Source: Squalus acanthias (lineage: Eukaryota). Taken from it: 64,000 nt of DNA. Numbering within the stretch: position 1 is the first letter of the stretch; every line of letters begins with the position of its first letter. A model generated the notes under the pieces. That model had not been told where the DNA came from and ran no database searches. It saw only the letters and a program-made list of their open reading frames with translations. Made by a program: the position numbers and the translations under genes. This document shows, piece by piece, positions 36,620 through 49,800 of the stretch. The stretch covers positions 141,362,001 to 141,426,000 of the forward strand of contig CM059432.1 of the NCBI GenBank assembly GCA_030390025.1, written 5' to 3'.

Positions 36620-37700
36620 CACACCTTGATTTTAAAATTCTCGTCCTTGCTTTCAAATCCCTCCACAGCCTCGGCCCTCCCTATCACTGTAACCTCCTCC
36701 AGCCCTACAACCCTCCGAGATCTATGCGCTCCTCCAACTCTGGCCTCTTGCGCATCCCCGATTTTCATCGCTCCACCATTGGCAGCCATGCCTTCAGTTG
36801 CCCTAAGCTCTGGAATTCCCTCCCTAAACCTCTTTGCCTTTCTCTCTCCTCCTTTAAGTCGCTCCTGAAAATCTACCTCTTTGACCAAGCGTTTGGTAAA
36901 CCCGTCCTGGTGGGCCGAAATTTGCGGCCGGAGGCGTACCTCCAGAGTACTCCTCCGACCTGAAACAAAATACAGAAGTACCTGCTGGCTCCCGGGCTTC
37001 GAAGTCTTCGGGCCCTGGGCCTGCGGGCGTACGCCTGCGTGAAGGCCCACGGATCCCAGGGATCCAGGCGGTTCGAAAGCATCCCTGGGATCACGTGTGC
37101 CAGGTCAACCTATTAGAAAGGAGGATTCCTCATAAGCTTACGGGGGATTCCGCGAACGGAATCCCGATAAGCTTATGAGAAATCCCCAAATAATGAAATA
37201 ACTAACACAATTCTGATAAAATAAATATTCCCATGTTCAAAATTAATTAAAAGTCCCCTTTAATTAAGCATTTAAAATAAAAATTTAATTTTTTGAAAAA
37301 TAATTTTAAACATTTTAACCCAGGCCAAAATTTACATGAACTAATTTTAAACGCTTTTGTATGTTTTCATCATTTTTTAAATTTTAGTTTAACATTTATT
37401 TTAACCCTTACGCTGATTTAAAAGCCGGCCTTATGCTTGCTCTTACCAGGCGTAAGGGGTTTCGTGGGCATTCACTGGGCAGTAGTTAACTCTGCGCCAG
37501 TGAAAGTGTTTTTGGGGAGCATGCGGACGATCTGAGGGCTTATGGCGGCGTACTGCCATCGGCCCCGCAAAATCCAGGCCGCTGTCTCTTTATGTGGCTT
37601 GGGTGTCAAAGTTTGTCTGATTAACGCTCCTGTGATGCGCCTTGGGACGTTTTACGACGTTAAAAGTGCTATATAAATGCAAGTTGTTGTTGTTGTTGTT
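36620..37700 (+). mobile_element. L2-clade LINE 3' end hosting a MITE
   Basis: SSNSGLLRIPDFHRSTIG…WNSLPKPL at 36620-36910; tail and (TTG)n at 37581-37700. Confidence 0.8.
36912..37580. mobile_element. Non-autonomous DNA transposon related to 4788-5536 (opposite orientation), nested in an L2 3' end
   Basis: TIR-like GGGCCGAAATTTGCGG and CCGCAAAATCCAGGCC. Shares the motifs CATCCCTGGGATCACGTG and the CTTA…CCAGGCGTAAG hairpin in reverse complement with the 4788 element. The L2 sequence resumes after 37580. Confidence 0.75.
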
Positions 37701-37937
37701 GGTGTAAGCCCCCGTGACATTTCAATTTGCATTAATTTCTAAGTGAACACACACTGCGGTAAACATTTGTCTCCACTGCCTGGACGTTAATCTGGCAACG
37801 CAAATGGGATTGCACAGCTGCTGTAGAACCCGCCCTGTTTTTATCCCATTGAGTGATTACTGCCCAGGTGGTGAAAGTGAAAATTACCCTCATGGTGTTC
37901 TCATAAAGTACACCTTTGGTATAGCATTAGTGATTGT

Positions 37938-38412
37938 CATAGAGTCATAGAGTTATACAGCACAGAAAGAGGCCCTTCGGCCCATCGTGTCCGCGCCGGC
38001 CATCAAGCCCTGTCTATTCTAATCCCATTTTCCAGCACTTGGTCCGTAGCCTTGTATGCTATGGCGTTTCAAGTGCTCATCTAAATGCTTCTTGAATGTT
38101 GTGAGGGTTCCTGCCTCTCCCACCCTTTCAGGCAGTGAGTTCCAGATTCCAACCGCCCTCTGGGTGAAAAAGTTTTTCCTCAAATCCCCTCTAAACCTCC
38201 TGCCCCTTACCTTTAAACTATGCCCCCTGGTTATTGACCCCTCTACTAAGGGGAAAAGTTCCTTTCTATCTACCCTATCTATGCCCCTCATAATTTTGTA
38301 CACCTCAATCAGGTACCCCTCAGCCTTCTCTGCTCTAAGGAAAACAACCCCAGCCTGTCTAGCCTCTCTTCATAGCTGAAACGCTCCAGTCCAGGTAACA
38401 TCCTGGTGAATC
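37938..38412 (-). mobile_element. CR1 LINE 3' fragment
   Basis: YKIMRGIDRVD…FFTQRAVGIWNSLPE…GYGPSAGKWD*. Confidence 0.88.
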
Positions 38413-38877
38413 GGTCATGTTTGCCCCTACTAGAAAGTCACAGATTTAACTTCCAAGGCTCCTTGTCCTATCTCCTCTCCTAGAAAATTATGGGGTGTGC
38501 AATTTCTCAAGTTGTGCTGTCTTCGAGAAGCATTGCTCCCTACCGTGAGCGGCAGTGTCACGCCTTGTCATTTTGTAGAAGACCAAGAGCAATCAAAGAC
38601 TGGACTGGACTTCTAAAGGTATATTGGAGATAGCTTGTAAATGAAGAGAAAGAAATAGCTGATGAGTTAAATGGATATAATGCATCTGTTTTCACTTTTG
38701 AAGATAATATGGCAATCTCTCATGTCTTACAAAATAGCTAGAATTAGAAGTAACATTTGAAATTGTGGTTGCCAAAGTTGGGCTTGGCGTCAACCTTGGT
38801 TCAGTGTAGCACTGCAACCTCTGAGTCATATAGTCATGGGTTTCAGACAAAACTCTAGAGACTTGAGCGTGCAAATC

Positions 38878-39552
38878 TTTGAAGCTGGCAGGGCAGGTTA
38901 ACAAAGCAGTTAATAAAGCACGTGGGATCCTGGGCTTTATAAATAGAGGGATAGAGTACAAAAGTCAGGAAATTATGCTAAACCTTTATAAAACACTAGT
39001 TCGGCCCCAGCTGGAGTATTGTGTCCAATTCTGGGCACCGCACTTTAGGAAGGACGTGAAGGCTTTGGAGAGGGTGCAGAAGAGATTTACTAGAATGGTT
39101 CCAGGGATGAGGGGTTACAGTTATGTGGATAGACTAGAGAAGCTGGGGTTGTTCTCCTTGGAGCAGAGGAGGCTAAGAGGAGATTTGATAGAGGCGTTTA
39201 AAATCATGAAGGGTGTAGCTAGAGTAAATAAAGAGAAAAGTAAATAGAAAGAAACTGTTTCCAATGGCTGAAAGGTGGATAACCAGAGGGCACAGATTTA
39301 AGGTGATTGGCAAAAGAACCAGAGGCGACATGAGGAAAAACTTTTTTACGCAACGAGTGGTTAGGATTTGGAATGCACTGCCTGATAGGGTGGTGGATAC
39401 AGATTCAATAGTAGCCTTCAGAAGGGAATTGGATAAATACTTGAAAGAGAAGAAATTGCAGGGATATGGGGAAAGAGTGGGGGAGTGGGACTGACTGGAC
39501 TGATCTTTGAAAGTGCCGGCGCAGACCCCTTCTGTACTGTTCTGTTCTATGA
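38878..39552 (+). mobile_element. CR1 LINE 3' fragment
   Basis: ORF pieces 38879-39247 and 39264-39494 (LYKTLVRPQLEYCVQFWAPHFRKDV…, WNALPD). Confidence 0.9.
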
Positions 39553-42292
39553 TTTATACTGTATGTGGCTCCCAAGACTTCATGGTACATAATGACAAAA
39601 GGCTGGGCACCCCTGGTTTAAGCTACAACACCCCCTCTCAAGACCAGGGAAAATGTCTAGGATCGAGCGCCCCAGGCTTTAAGAGTTTGATGGTTAGGTG
39701 AGTAAAGTTGGTATCTTAGTTTATTAAACAAATGATTTCCAGGCTATTTTCTTCAGTTGTAAAATTATCGCTGCATCTATCAATGATCTCCTGGCTTCCA
39801 CACAGTGTTTTCAAAAGTAGGTGTAAGGAATTGTCCGTATAGAAACGATTCCATTCTAGTGCAGAGAAGCATTTTGGCACAAAGTTCCTTGTTTCTTGCT
39901 GAGACCCAGGAGGGCAATCAATGCCAACACTCAGACAAAACGAGACAAAGATGATAGTTATGTGTTCACCAACCTGATGATGGCACCTTTTTTTTTTTCA
40001 GTTGCACTTTATTATCCTTGGAGCGAAAATCTTGCGTTCCCCCCCCAAAAAAAATACCGGTCAGCCCAAATTTGGGTAGCAACTTGGCGTCAAAACGGCC
40101 AATAGAATGGCCGCATTGAAAAAGCGAAGTGTAACTGTGAAGAATGGGTCTGCAAGAATATCCAGCTGAGAAGCCTGCAGCTTTATTAACACGCTCGACC
40201 AGAAAAATGCCCCCCAGAACATTGAAGGTTTGACAGATAAATTGCTTTTCTTTTTAAAAAGAAAAATAATTATGTAGGAATGCAGCCCTGCAGCACCGTC
40301 AAAGGAGGCGACTTTATTAACCTTACAGAAAAGTAGGTTGCTAGCTGGTTAACTCTCCAAGGTCCATAGTTCTGTTCATCGAAAGTTAAAATGCTTGCAT
40401 TTGTTGCAAATTCTTTTAAAAAGAAATCTACATCTGCAAAGTCTAATTGTGCGTATGAAATGAAACCCATTTTATGTAAAGGTACAAGTGTTGAGGTGTG
40501 GAAATTCTCATCCGCTTAAAGCAGAGGCAAGAAACGCAACTATGTGCTTGGGTGATGCAGCATTCATTAATTGCACAATACAGATCTGCTGAAAATCTTC
40601 AAAACAAGTGCGATCTTTCTATTAGAGGCCGTGCAAAAAGTGACTTCATAGTGGGAACTGATTTTACTGCCGTGTAGCTGCAAGGTCATGGAAGAATGAA
40701 GTTTACTGGATGAGCCCTGTTTCTTTCCTGTTATGCAAGACCTTGGTTTAATATTGGACGAGACCCCACATGGCACAGCGTCCCTGATGCTCACTAGGGT
40801 CACCACAGTGCAAACCACTGAATGATGTATGTTTTGGAAGTTTGCAATTTAATGTTCCCAAATGTTCTGACTGTAGACCTCACAGAAGCTCAAGTGAAAG
40901 AGTTCTTGGCTCTCGACCCAGGAGGTTATCGGCTCAATTCCCAGGACTGATCCCATGTGGGCCTGTTCTCAACCCTGGCTGCCACATGGAATGAAGCTAT
41001 CCATCTTCAGGAGAGGTGAAACAGCTAGAAGAATCTAATTTACTCCGCTTATTGCACCTCCCTGTTGATGCACCACAGAGACAAGCGTGCGGGGTGCGTG
41101 CAAGAAAGAGGCACCAATGGGAATGACATGGCAGGGGAGGAAGATGTGTAATTTTCTGGGAATATGAATCTCCCAACCTTAAAGAGTGAGCCACTTTGAC
41201 CTGCTTATTTCAATATAATAAAACGTGTAACACTCGTTGCCCCACCTCCATTTTATTTATAATGCCTGAATAAGTTTGTTGAAACTTTCAATGTTAATTA
41301 ATAGAAATTCATTTAAACAAATATCTGTATTTGTGACAATCTTTAACATTGCTTTCACATGTTGAGACAAATACTTCATGGGATTATGGATGCACAAAAA
41401 CAATGTCATTTCATTCACAGATTATAATTTAACTGATTGTTGGTTTTAGTTCATTGTGTTTATAATTTTACCTGGTGTGTTCAGAATTCATACACTATGT
41501 GTGTTCTACCTTAACACAACCACATATATATAATATATATATCCTGTTGCTAAGAGAATTACAGCAATCTGTTTCCAAATGATTATTGTCCTGTAATTAC
41601 ATTTTAAGAACTCTTTTGAGGAATGTTAAATCTATTCTTAGATTATTGAGAAACAAACTGACTGTATTTTTTAATTGTCACAAATTGTGTTTGATACCAA
41701 GCAATTAAGACCATGCAACAAACAACAATTTTTGTATTAAAATCCCCTAATGCAAAAATAAACAGGAACTAATGCGATCATTTATATATTTTTTTTAAAA
41801 AGCTGCCTTTTGCATCAATTCCCTTCCTTTTTAAACTAGTTGGAAAAAAACTGCCTTTTCAGATCACCGGGTCTCCAAAACCATTACTCTGTTTTTATGT
41901 CCCATAATCCGAGCTCGGTTTTAGATTCAGTTGTGTAGGAAATGCATTTACATTAAAGGGACAACATTCTTGTAAGAGAAATTGGTGTCAGATATTTAGG
42001 CGACCTCTTGCAAAGGCCAAGCAGATAAATAAAAAGTGAAATTTAAAAAAAGTGTCCAGGTGACCTCCTAACAAGCAACGTCAAGTGACTTAAACAAGTC
42101 AAACGTGCAGAGCATGAGCTGTATGAATGTGCTCTGAATCAAAAGAGTTTTCATAGTATGGGACACTGTTATTACTTGCCATGTTTTCTGCTAATCTGAT
42201 TTTGCCAAAATACAGCCATAAACATAATCGGCTAAATTTCTATGGGTGCAATGTTCTCATATGCACCCTAACACCTACATATTATGGCATAG

Positions 42293-42435
42293 CACTTAAA
42301 AGACAATTTGCAGGGTGATGGTGAAAGAGCAGGGGGAGTGGGACTAATTGATAGCTCTTTGAAAGAGCCGGCACAGGCACGATGGGCCAAATGGCCTCCT
42401 TCAGTGCTGTATCAGTCGATGATTCTGTGATGATT
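42293..42435 (+). mobile_element. CR1 3'UTR fragment
   Basis: Match to 2920-3068. Confidence 0.7.
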
Positions 42436-43978
42436 CCATTAAGTACATCTGTAACACTGAATGGATTTTGATATTTCCCTGGCTATCACCCTGTTCTTGA
42501 CATGAGTTGCAGGGAACAATATATATTTAATTGTTTCCATGCCAGGAATGACTAATGGCTCATTGGAGAGTAAAGAGAGAAAAATTTATCTCATCAACAA
42601 CAGGAGACAGTGCTGATTTCTATTTCCAATAACCAGGACTGTCCAGAGACGATACTTATGACAGAGCAGCAACCACTGCACGCAGTCCCACCATCGTCCT
42701 CCTAGGATGTGGTGCCTATTTTAGGAACCTCAAAGGGATGAGGGACAGAGTGAGCTCTACCAGCATGTGAATCTGAAGGCTTCTAGCCCCCAGGCCAGCA
42801 CCTAACCCACTAAACTATCCAGCACTCATTAAAGGGAGAGATGGAAAGCAAAATTAAATACGTTACAGGCCAACAGGTTTTCATTTTTAACCCCCATTCT
42901 TCCCCCTCCACCGCCCTCCCCCCCAAGCTTAATTCACCAAACAGCTCACAAATGGTCATATCGTGAGTAAGCTACAGTGACCCTCAACAGTGGAAATATG
43001 GTCAAAACATATTGTATTTTTAACACTTGTAGTTGATTTACAACTGAAAATTTATAGATGTTTTTAAAACATTTCAGCCAAACACATTTGGTCGATACTA
43101 CTGCGGAATGTTACTTTGTTACTGTGCTATCACACGAGTGGAAGTAGGATTTTATTTCCACCGGTACTTGCTCCACATACTTGTTACGATGCCCCTTATC
43201 AGCCGAGAAGCTAAGTGACATGTGCACTATAGCACTCAGTGATCACGCGAAACGGATTCACTTCGCACAGAAGCTACAACGTCGTTGTGTTAAATGCAAA
43301 GGCAGGGTCCACTCTGACCCTTTTTATTCCAGTTAGATCCGACCCTAGCTCCAGACTTACTAGTGACGGTCGGTGCAAAGGAAAAGCGATTTTGAGCCTG
43401 CAACTGCAAGTGGAAATGGAGCCAAAGTTTTACTAAGTGCTGACAGATGGTCAGGTATGAGACAGCTCAAACCGTGTGTGCTGAAAATACCTGATGTGAT
43501 ATCCTGATATGAAAAAAATGTGACATGAGATTTTATAACATTCTTCTGTGCATGATTGTCAAAATAACATCAGGCTGCTGTAGTTTACGCGGCAGAATAA
43601 AAACACAACGTTACAGAAAGGTAATCAGATATGCGCCTTCTACAGCTTCACAGGAAGGTTGTTAAAATAGAATGATTGCCCCATTATTCCAATCAGGCAA
43701 TGGGGTAAATCATGCTGGAAGTGTTGTAAATAGTCACAAAAAGAGCCAATTGCAACCTCGGATTGTTAATATATTAACATATTTTGCATAAACTATTTTA
43801 CATCTTAGGTTTCACACTAAAATAATGAATGACTTTAGAAGGCATGGTCACACAGCACGTCAAAATGAACATATCCAATGTATTATAAAAGAACTTAAAA
43901 TCATAGCAAATGATTTGCCCACATCTGCACATCAGAGGGATTTCTTAGCAGTTGATTTTATCTCAACACAACAATTAC

Positions 43979-44069
43979 CTTGACCCTGTGCCTCACTGAT
44001 GAAATGAGCGGTCACTGCTACAAAGGCCAGGAGAAGGGAGGTCCCTATTCTGTGTCCAAGGACCTGCAT
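43979..44069 (-). CDS. COL14A1: COL14A1 first coding exon, signal peptide MQVLGHRIGTSLLLAFVAVTAHFISEAQGQ (whole exon 43979-44107, including 38 nt of 5'UTR)
   Basis: Seen on the minus strand: acceptor gttgcctttacag|G at 44107, ATG at 44069 with A at -3, hydrophobic core ending AQG-Q, donor CAAG|gtaatt at 43979 (phase 1). It splices in frame to the 117-nt FN3 exon, giving ...QGQ|VASPTRL, which parallels human collagen XIV ...VQGQVAPPTRL (recalled). Absent from the ORF track. Confidence 0.9.
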
Positions 44070-44480
44070 ATTTATATCTTGTCTGTGGCTGGGTTTACTC
44101 AGCAATCCTGTAAAGGCAACAAGACAGTGATATTACTTAGAAACAGATCATAACTCATTTACATCATAGCACATTCACTTTTAAATGCAAAGCCTGCAGA
44201 GATCATTACATTTGAGAACTTTGCCATCAAGTTGGAAAAAGTCAATCATTAATAATAATGTGTCATTGTCAGAAGACATCAGTAACGCAAGACGTGTTCT
44301 GTCCCTATGCAACAATTTTGTAAATTCAACTTTTATGCTGCACAGCGAACCTTTTTATTCCAAACCATGGTTAGGTCTTGCCCGAGAATGGATTTATTAT
44401 GGCTTGAGCTCCTCCCCAGTTGTTATGGGGACTTCAGTTGTGAGCAGGAACGCGTTCATTATACAGGGAGGTTTATAATA

Positions 44481-44828
44481 AAAACAACTTGCATTTATGT
44501 AGCACCTTTAACATCCCACGGTGCTTCACAGGAGCATTTTTATCAAACAGAATTTGACACCGAGCCACATAAGGAGATATTAAGACAGGTGGCCAAAAGC
44601 TTGGTCAAAGAGGTAGGTTTTAAGGAGCATCTTAAAGGGGGAGAGAGAGAGAGAGAGTTGGAGAGGTTTAGGGAGGGAATTCCAGAGCCTAGGGCCTAAG
44701 CAGCTGAAGGCACGGCCACCAATGGTGGAATGAAGGAAATTAGGGATGCGCAAGAGGCCAGAATTCAAGGAGCGCAGAGATCTCAGATGGTTATAGGGCT
44801 GGAGGAGGTTGCAGAGATAGGATGGGGC
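44481..44828 (-). mobile_element. L2-clade LINE 3' end
   Basis: STIGGRAFSCLGPRLWNSLP. Confidence 0.82.
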
Positions 44829-45604
44829 AAGTCAAGATATTATGTCGTGAAAAGGGGCCATTTGGCCCATCAAGCCCATTCCCCTTCATACTTGTTCTAT
44901 TACAGTCTATTTCAGGTCTGCTGTAAGTACCTTCAGTAGTGTCAGTCGCGCCTGTAAGAGGTTTGAGCATCTTATATTTATGGCAGGTGAATCACACTGC
45001 CCTGCATCTACTGGTACGATAGCAGGTCCCAATGGATGTAGTAATGATGCTCCCTGCTGACCCGAACCCTGTGTCTTTTGCACATGTATTTCTTTGATGG
45101 TGGGCTAAGCTAACATTAGATGAGGCGTTAAACTGCTTTATTCTACAATAAAATCACCATACAGCATGGTGAACATACAGTGCAATAGTTCAGATGAGAT
45201 TCACTTTGTTCAATCTATACAACTTATCCCACTGGACAACATGAAAATAATAATGATGCCATGCAACCCCACTTCAGAGGGTCATCTCGATTCACTTAAA
45301 CAGACCAACTCCTGTATCTTGCCTTTTTGAGCCAAATGTTTCTGGGAGCATAAGGGCTTCAGCTGCAACTCTTGATTGTCTTATTAGGTGTCTAAAATTT
45401 CATTTTATTCCTGACCATTCATAGTTAGAAAGAGATCAAATACCTTTGAACACAATGGGTGTGAGCTGTTTATCAATTACAGAGACAAGCTATAGTGTTT
45501 ACAGTCTATAAGGAAGCAACATCAAATCTAGTTCATTAATCTGAACTATCTATTGTCTCAGATGCCCCTTTCCTTTAACTTGCAATAATACACAATTCCA
45601 TCTC

Positions 45605-46007
45605 AAGTTTAAAATTCTCACCCTTGTGTTGAAATCTCTCCATGGCCTCGCCCCTCCCTATCTCTGTAACCTCCTCCAGCCCCGGAACCCTCCCGAGATC
45701 TCTGCACTCCTCCAATTCTGGCCTCTTGAACATCCCCGAATTTGATCGCTCCACCATTGGCGGCCGTGCCTTCAGCTCCCTGGGTCCTAAGCTCAGGAAT
45801 TCCCTCCCTAAACCTCTCCGCCTCGCTACCTCTCTCTCCTCCTTTAAGACGCTCCTTAAAACCTACCTCTTTGACCAAGCTTTCGGTCACCTGCTCTAAT
45901 ATTTCCTTATGTGGCTCAGTGTGAAATTTCTCTTTGATAACGCTCCTGTGAAGCGCCTTGGGACGTTTAACTACATTAAAAGGTGCTATATAAATACAAG
46001 CTGTTGT
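45605..46007 (+). mobile_element. L2-clade LINE 3' end
   Basis: STIGGRAFSSLGPKLRNSLP…FKTLLKTYLFDQAF. Confidence 0.82.
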
Positions 46008-46893
46008 TTTAAAACATAACTTTTAAAATAACTTTTTTTTCCCCAAATCTTTTCATGTTGAAAAATGGTTAAAAAAAAGACAAGTGAAAAGCGACATGAA
46101 TTGTACCCAAACCTACTCAATCTCTTGAGTGTGGAGAGCAAGACCAGGTAAGTTGCCAAGAAGGAAAAGTCTGTGAAATTTCACCTTTACCCTCCCCCAC
46201 CAACCTAATCGAGCAAAACTCCAGAATATTAAACCAACCTTCCTTCCAAACCCACGCGATGTTACTGTGAGCAGCCACATTCCACTCTGGCTCATTCCTG
46301 GTTCCGGCACCATTAGATTCCGTGTTCCAGTATTTCACCTGTGTATATCTTTATCCTGATAGCATTGATTCCTACTGTTAGCCAATTATCTATTGAGTCC
46401 TTTCGGATTTAATTGATACTGTACAAACTGATTTTGCTGGCCGCCCTTTCTACATTTATGCCAAGGGAAGATTTAATTTCCATTCTTGCTCAGGACGTTT
46501 TAACGTTGTAATCAAGTCATCGCCATCTGTGCTCACGATCCAAATTAACCTGTTTCCAGCCTCTCAAAATGGGTTTGAACTTGACCCTTATATAAAACGG
46601 GAATCACATGAGTTAATTCTGGACACTCAATGTTACAGGACAAAGTCTAACTGGATATTCCATGGGGAGCTGGGTTATCAGTAACCATTTCGGCAAGTGT
46701 TGGGTACAAGTGACACGAGTTATTGCTCTGTTCAGTTTTCTAAATCCTCCCCTATGCTTTTATACGGGATGGTGGAGATTAGTGGCATCTCTCCAACACA
46801 AATTGAAATGAATCATGTCGCAAACCAGCAGGATTTAGGGTGCCAACCGGCAACACAAAACCAAACAACCTCAGCGAACCAAATCACAGAAGT

Positions 46894-49800
46894 ACTCGCT
46901 CCAGTGTCACTGGGACTCACTCCAGTGTAACTGGGACTCACTCCAGTGTAACCGGAACTCACTCCAGTGTAACCGGACTCGCTCCAGTGTAACCGGGACT
47001 CACTCCAGTGTAACCGGACTCGCTCCAGTGTAACCGGACTCACTCCAGTGTAACCAGACTCACTCCAGTGTAACTGGGACTCACTCCAGTGTAACCGGGA
47101 CTCGCTCCAGTGTAACTGGGACTCACTCCAGTGTAACCGGACTCACTCCAGTGTAACCGGGACTCACTCCAGTGTAACCGGACTCGCTCCAGTGTAACTG
47201 GGACTCACTCCAGTGTAACCGGGACTCACTCCAGTGTAACCGGACTCGCTCCAGTGTAACCGGACTCACTCCAGTGTAACCGGGACTCACTCCAGTGTAA
47301 CTGGACTCGCTCCAGTGTAACTGGGACTCACTCCAGTGTAACCGGGACTCACTCCAGTGTAACCGGACTCGCTCCAGTGTAACTGGGACTCACTCCAGTG
47401 TAACCGGACTCACTCCAGTGTAACCGGGACTCACTCCAGTGTAACCGGACTCGCTCCAGTGTAACTGGACTCACTCCAGTGTAACCGGACTCACTCCAGT
47501 GTAACTGGGACTCACTCCAGTGTAACTGGGACTCACTCCAGTGTAACTGGGACTCACTCCACTGTAACTGGGACTCACTCCAGTGTAACTGGGACTCACT
47601 CCACTGTAACTGGGACTCACTCCACTGTAACTGGGACTCACTCCACTGTAACTGGGACTCACTCCACTGTAACTGGGACTCACTCCAGTGTAACTGGGAC
47701 TCACTCCAGTGAAACTGGAACTCACTCCAGTGAAACTGGAACTCACTCCAGTGTAACTGGACTCACTCCAGTGTAACCAGGACTCACTCCAGTTTAACTG
47801 GACTCACTCCAGTGTAACCGGGACTCAATCCAGTGTAACTGGGACTCACTCCAGTGTAACCGGACTCACTCCAGTGTAACTGGGACTCACTTCAGTGGAA
47901 CCGGTCTCACTCCAGTGGAACCGGACTCACTCCAGTGGAACCGGGACTCACTCCAGTGTAACCGGGACTCACTCCAGTGTAACCGGACTCACTCCACTGT
48001 AACCGGACTCACTCCAGTGTAACCGGGACTCACTCCAGTGTAACCGGGACTCACTCCAGTGTAACCGGGACGCACTCCAGTGTAACCGGGACTCACTCCA
48101 GTGTAACCGGGACTCACTCCAGTGTAACCGGGACTCACTCCAGTGTAACCGGACTCACTCCAGTGTAACCGGACTCACTCCAGTGTAACCGGGACTCACT
48201 CCAGTGTAACCGGGACTCACTCCAGTGTAACCGGGACTCACTCCAGTGTAACCGGGACTCACTCCAGTGTAACTGGGATTCACTCCAGTGTAACCGGGAC
48301 TCACTCCAGTGTAACTGGGATTCACTCCACTGTAACCGGGACTCACTCCAGTGTAACTGGGATTCACTCCAGTGTAACTGGGATTCACTCCAGTGTAACC
48401 GGGACTCACTCCAGTGTAACCGGACTCACTCCAGTGTAACTGGGACTCACTCCAGTGTAACCGGACTCACTCCAGTGTAACTGGGACTCACTCCAGTGTA
48501 ACCGGGACTCACTCCAGTGTAACTGGGATTCACTCCAGTGTAACCGGGACTCACTCCTGTGTAACCGGGACTCACTCCAGTGTAACCGGGACTCACTCCA
48601 GTGTAACCGGTACTCACTCCAGTGTAACCGGGATTCACTCCAGTGTAACTGGGATTCACTCCAGTGTAACTGGGACTCACTCCAGTGTAACCGGGACTCA
48701 CTCCAGTGTAACCGGGACTCACTCCAGTGTAACTTGGACTCACTCCAGTGTAACTGGGACTCACTCCAGTGTAACCGGACTCACTCAAGTGTAACTGGGA
48801 TTCACTCAAGTGTAACCGGACTCACTCCAGTGTAACCGGACTCACTCCAGTGTAACTGGGACTCACTCCAGTGTAACTGGGACTCACTCCAGTGTAACCG
48901 GACTCACTCCAGTGTAACTGGGACTAACTCCAGTGTAACCTGGGACTCACTCCGTGTAACCGGACTCACTCAGTGTAACCTGGACTCACTCCACTGTAAC
49001 GGGGACTCACTCCAGTGTAACTGGGATCACTCCAGTGAACCGGGACTCACTCCAGTGTAACCGGGACTCACTCCAGTGTAACCTGGACTCACTCCAGTGT
49101 AACCGGGACTCACTCCAGTGTAACCGGGACTCACTCCAGTGTAACCAGACTCACTCCAGTGTAACAGACTCACTCCAGTGTAAGCCGGGACTCACTCGAG
49201 TGTACCTGGGACCTCACCTCCAAGTGATAACCGACTCACTCCAGTGTACCGGACTCACTCCCGTGTACCTGGCGACTCGCTCCAGTGTAACCTGGATTCA
49301 CTCCAGTGTAACCGGACTCACTCCAGTGTAACTGGGACTCACTCCAGTGTAACCGGACTCACTCCAGTGTAACCGGACTCACTCCAGTGTAACCGGGACT
49401 CACTCCAGTGTAACCGGGACTCACTCCAGTGTAACTAGGACTCACTCCAGTGTAACTGGACTCACTCCAGTGTAACCGGACTCACTCCAGTGTAACTGGG
49501 ACTCACTCCAGTGTAACCGGACTCACTCCAGTGTCACTGGGACTTGCTCCAGTGTAACTGGGACTCACTCCAGTGTAACTGGGACTCGCTCCAGTGTAAC
49601 TGGGATTCACTCCAGTGAAACCGGGAGTCACTCCAGTGTAACTGGGACTCACTCCAGTGTAACTGGGACTCACTCCAGTGTAACCGGGATTCACTCCAGT
49701 GTAACTGGGATTCACTCCAGTGTAACTGGGACTCACTCCAGTGTAACCGGGACTCACTCCAGTGTAACTGGGACTCACTCCAGTGTAACTGGACTCACTC

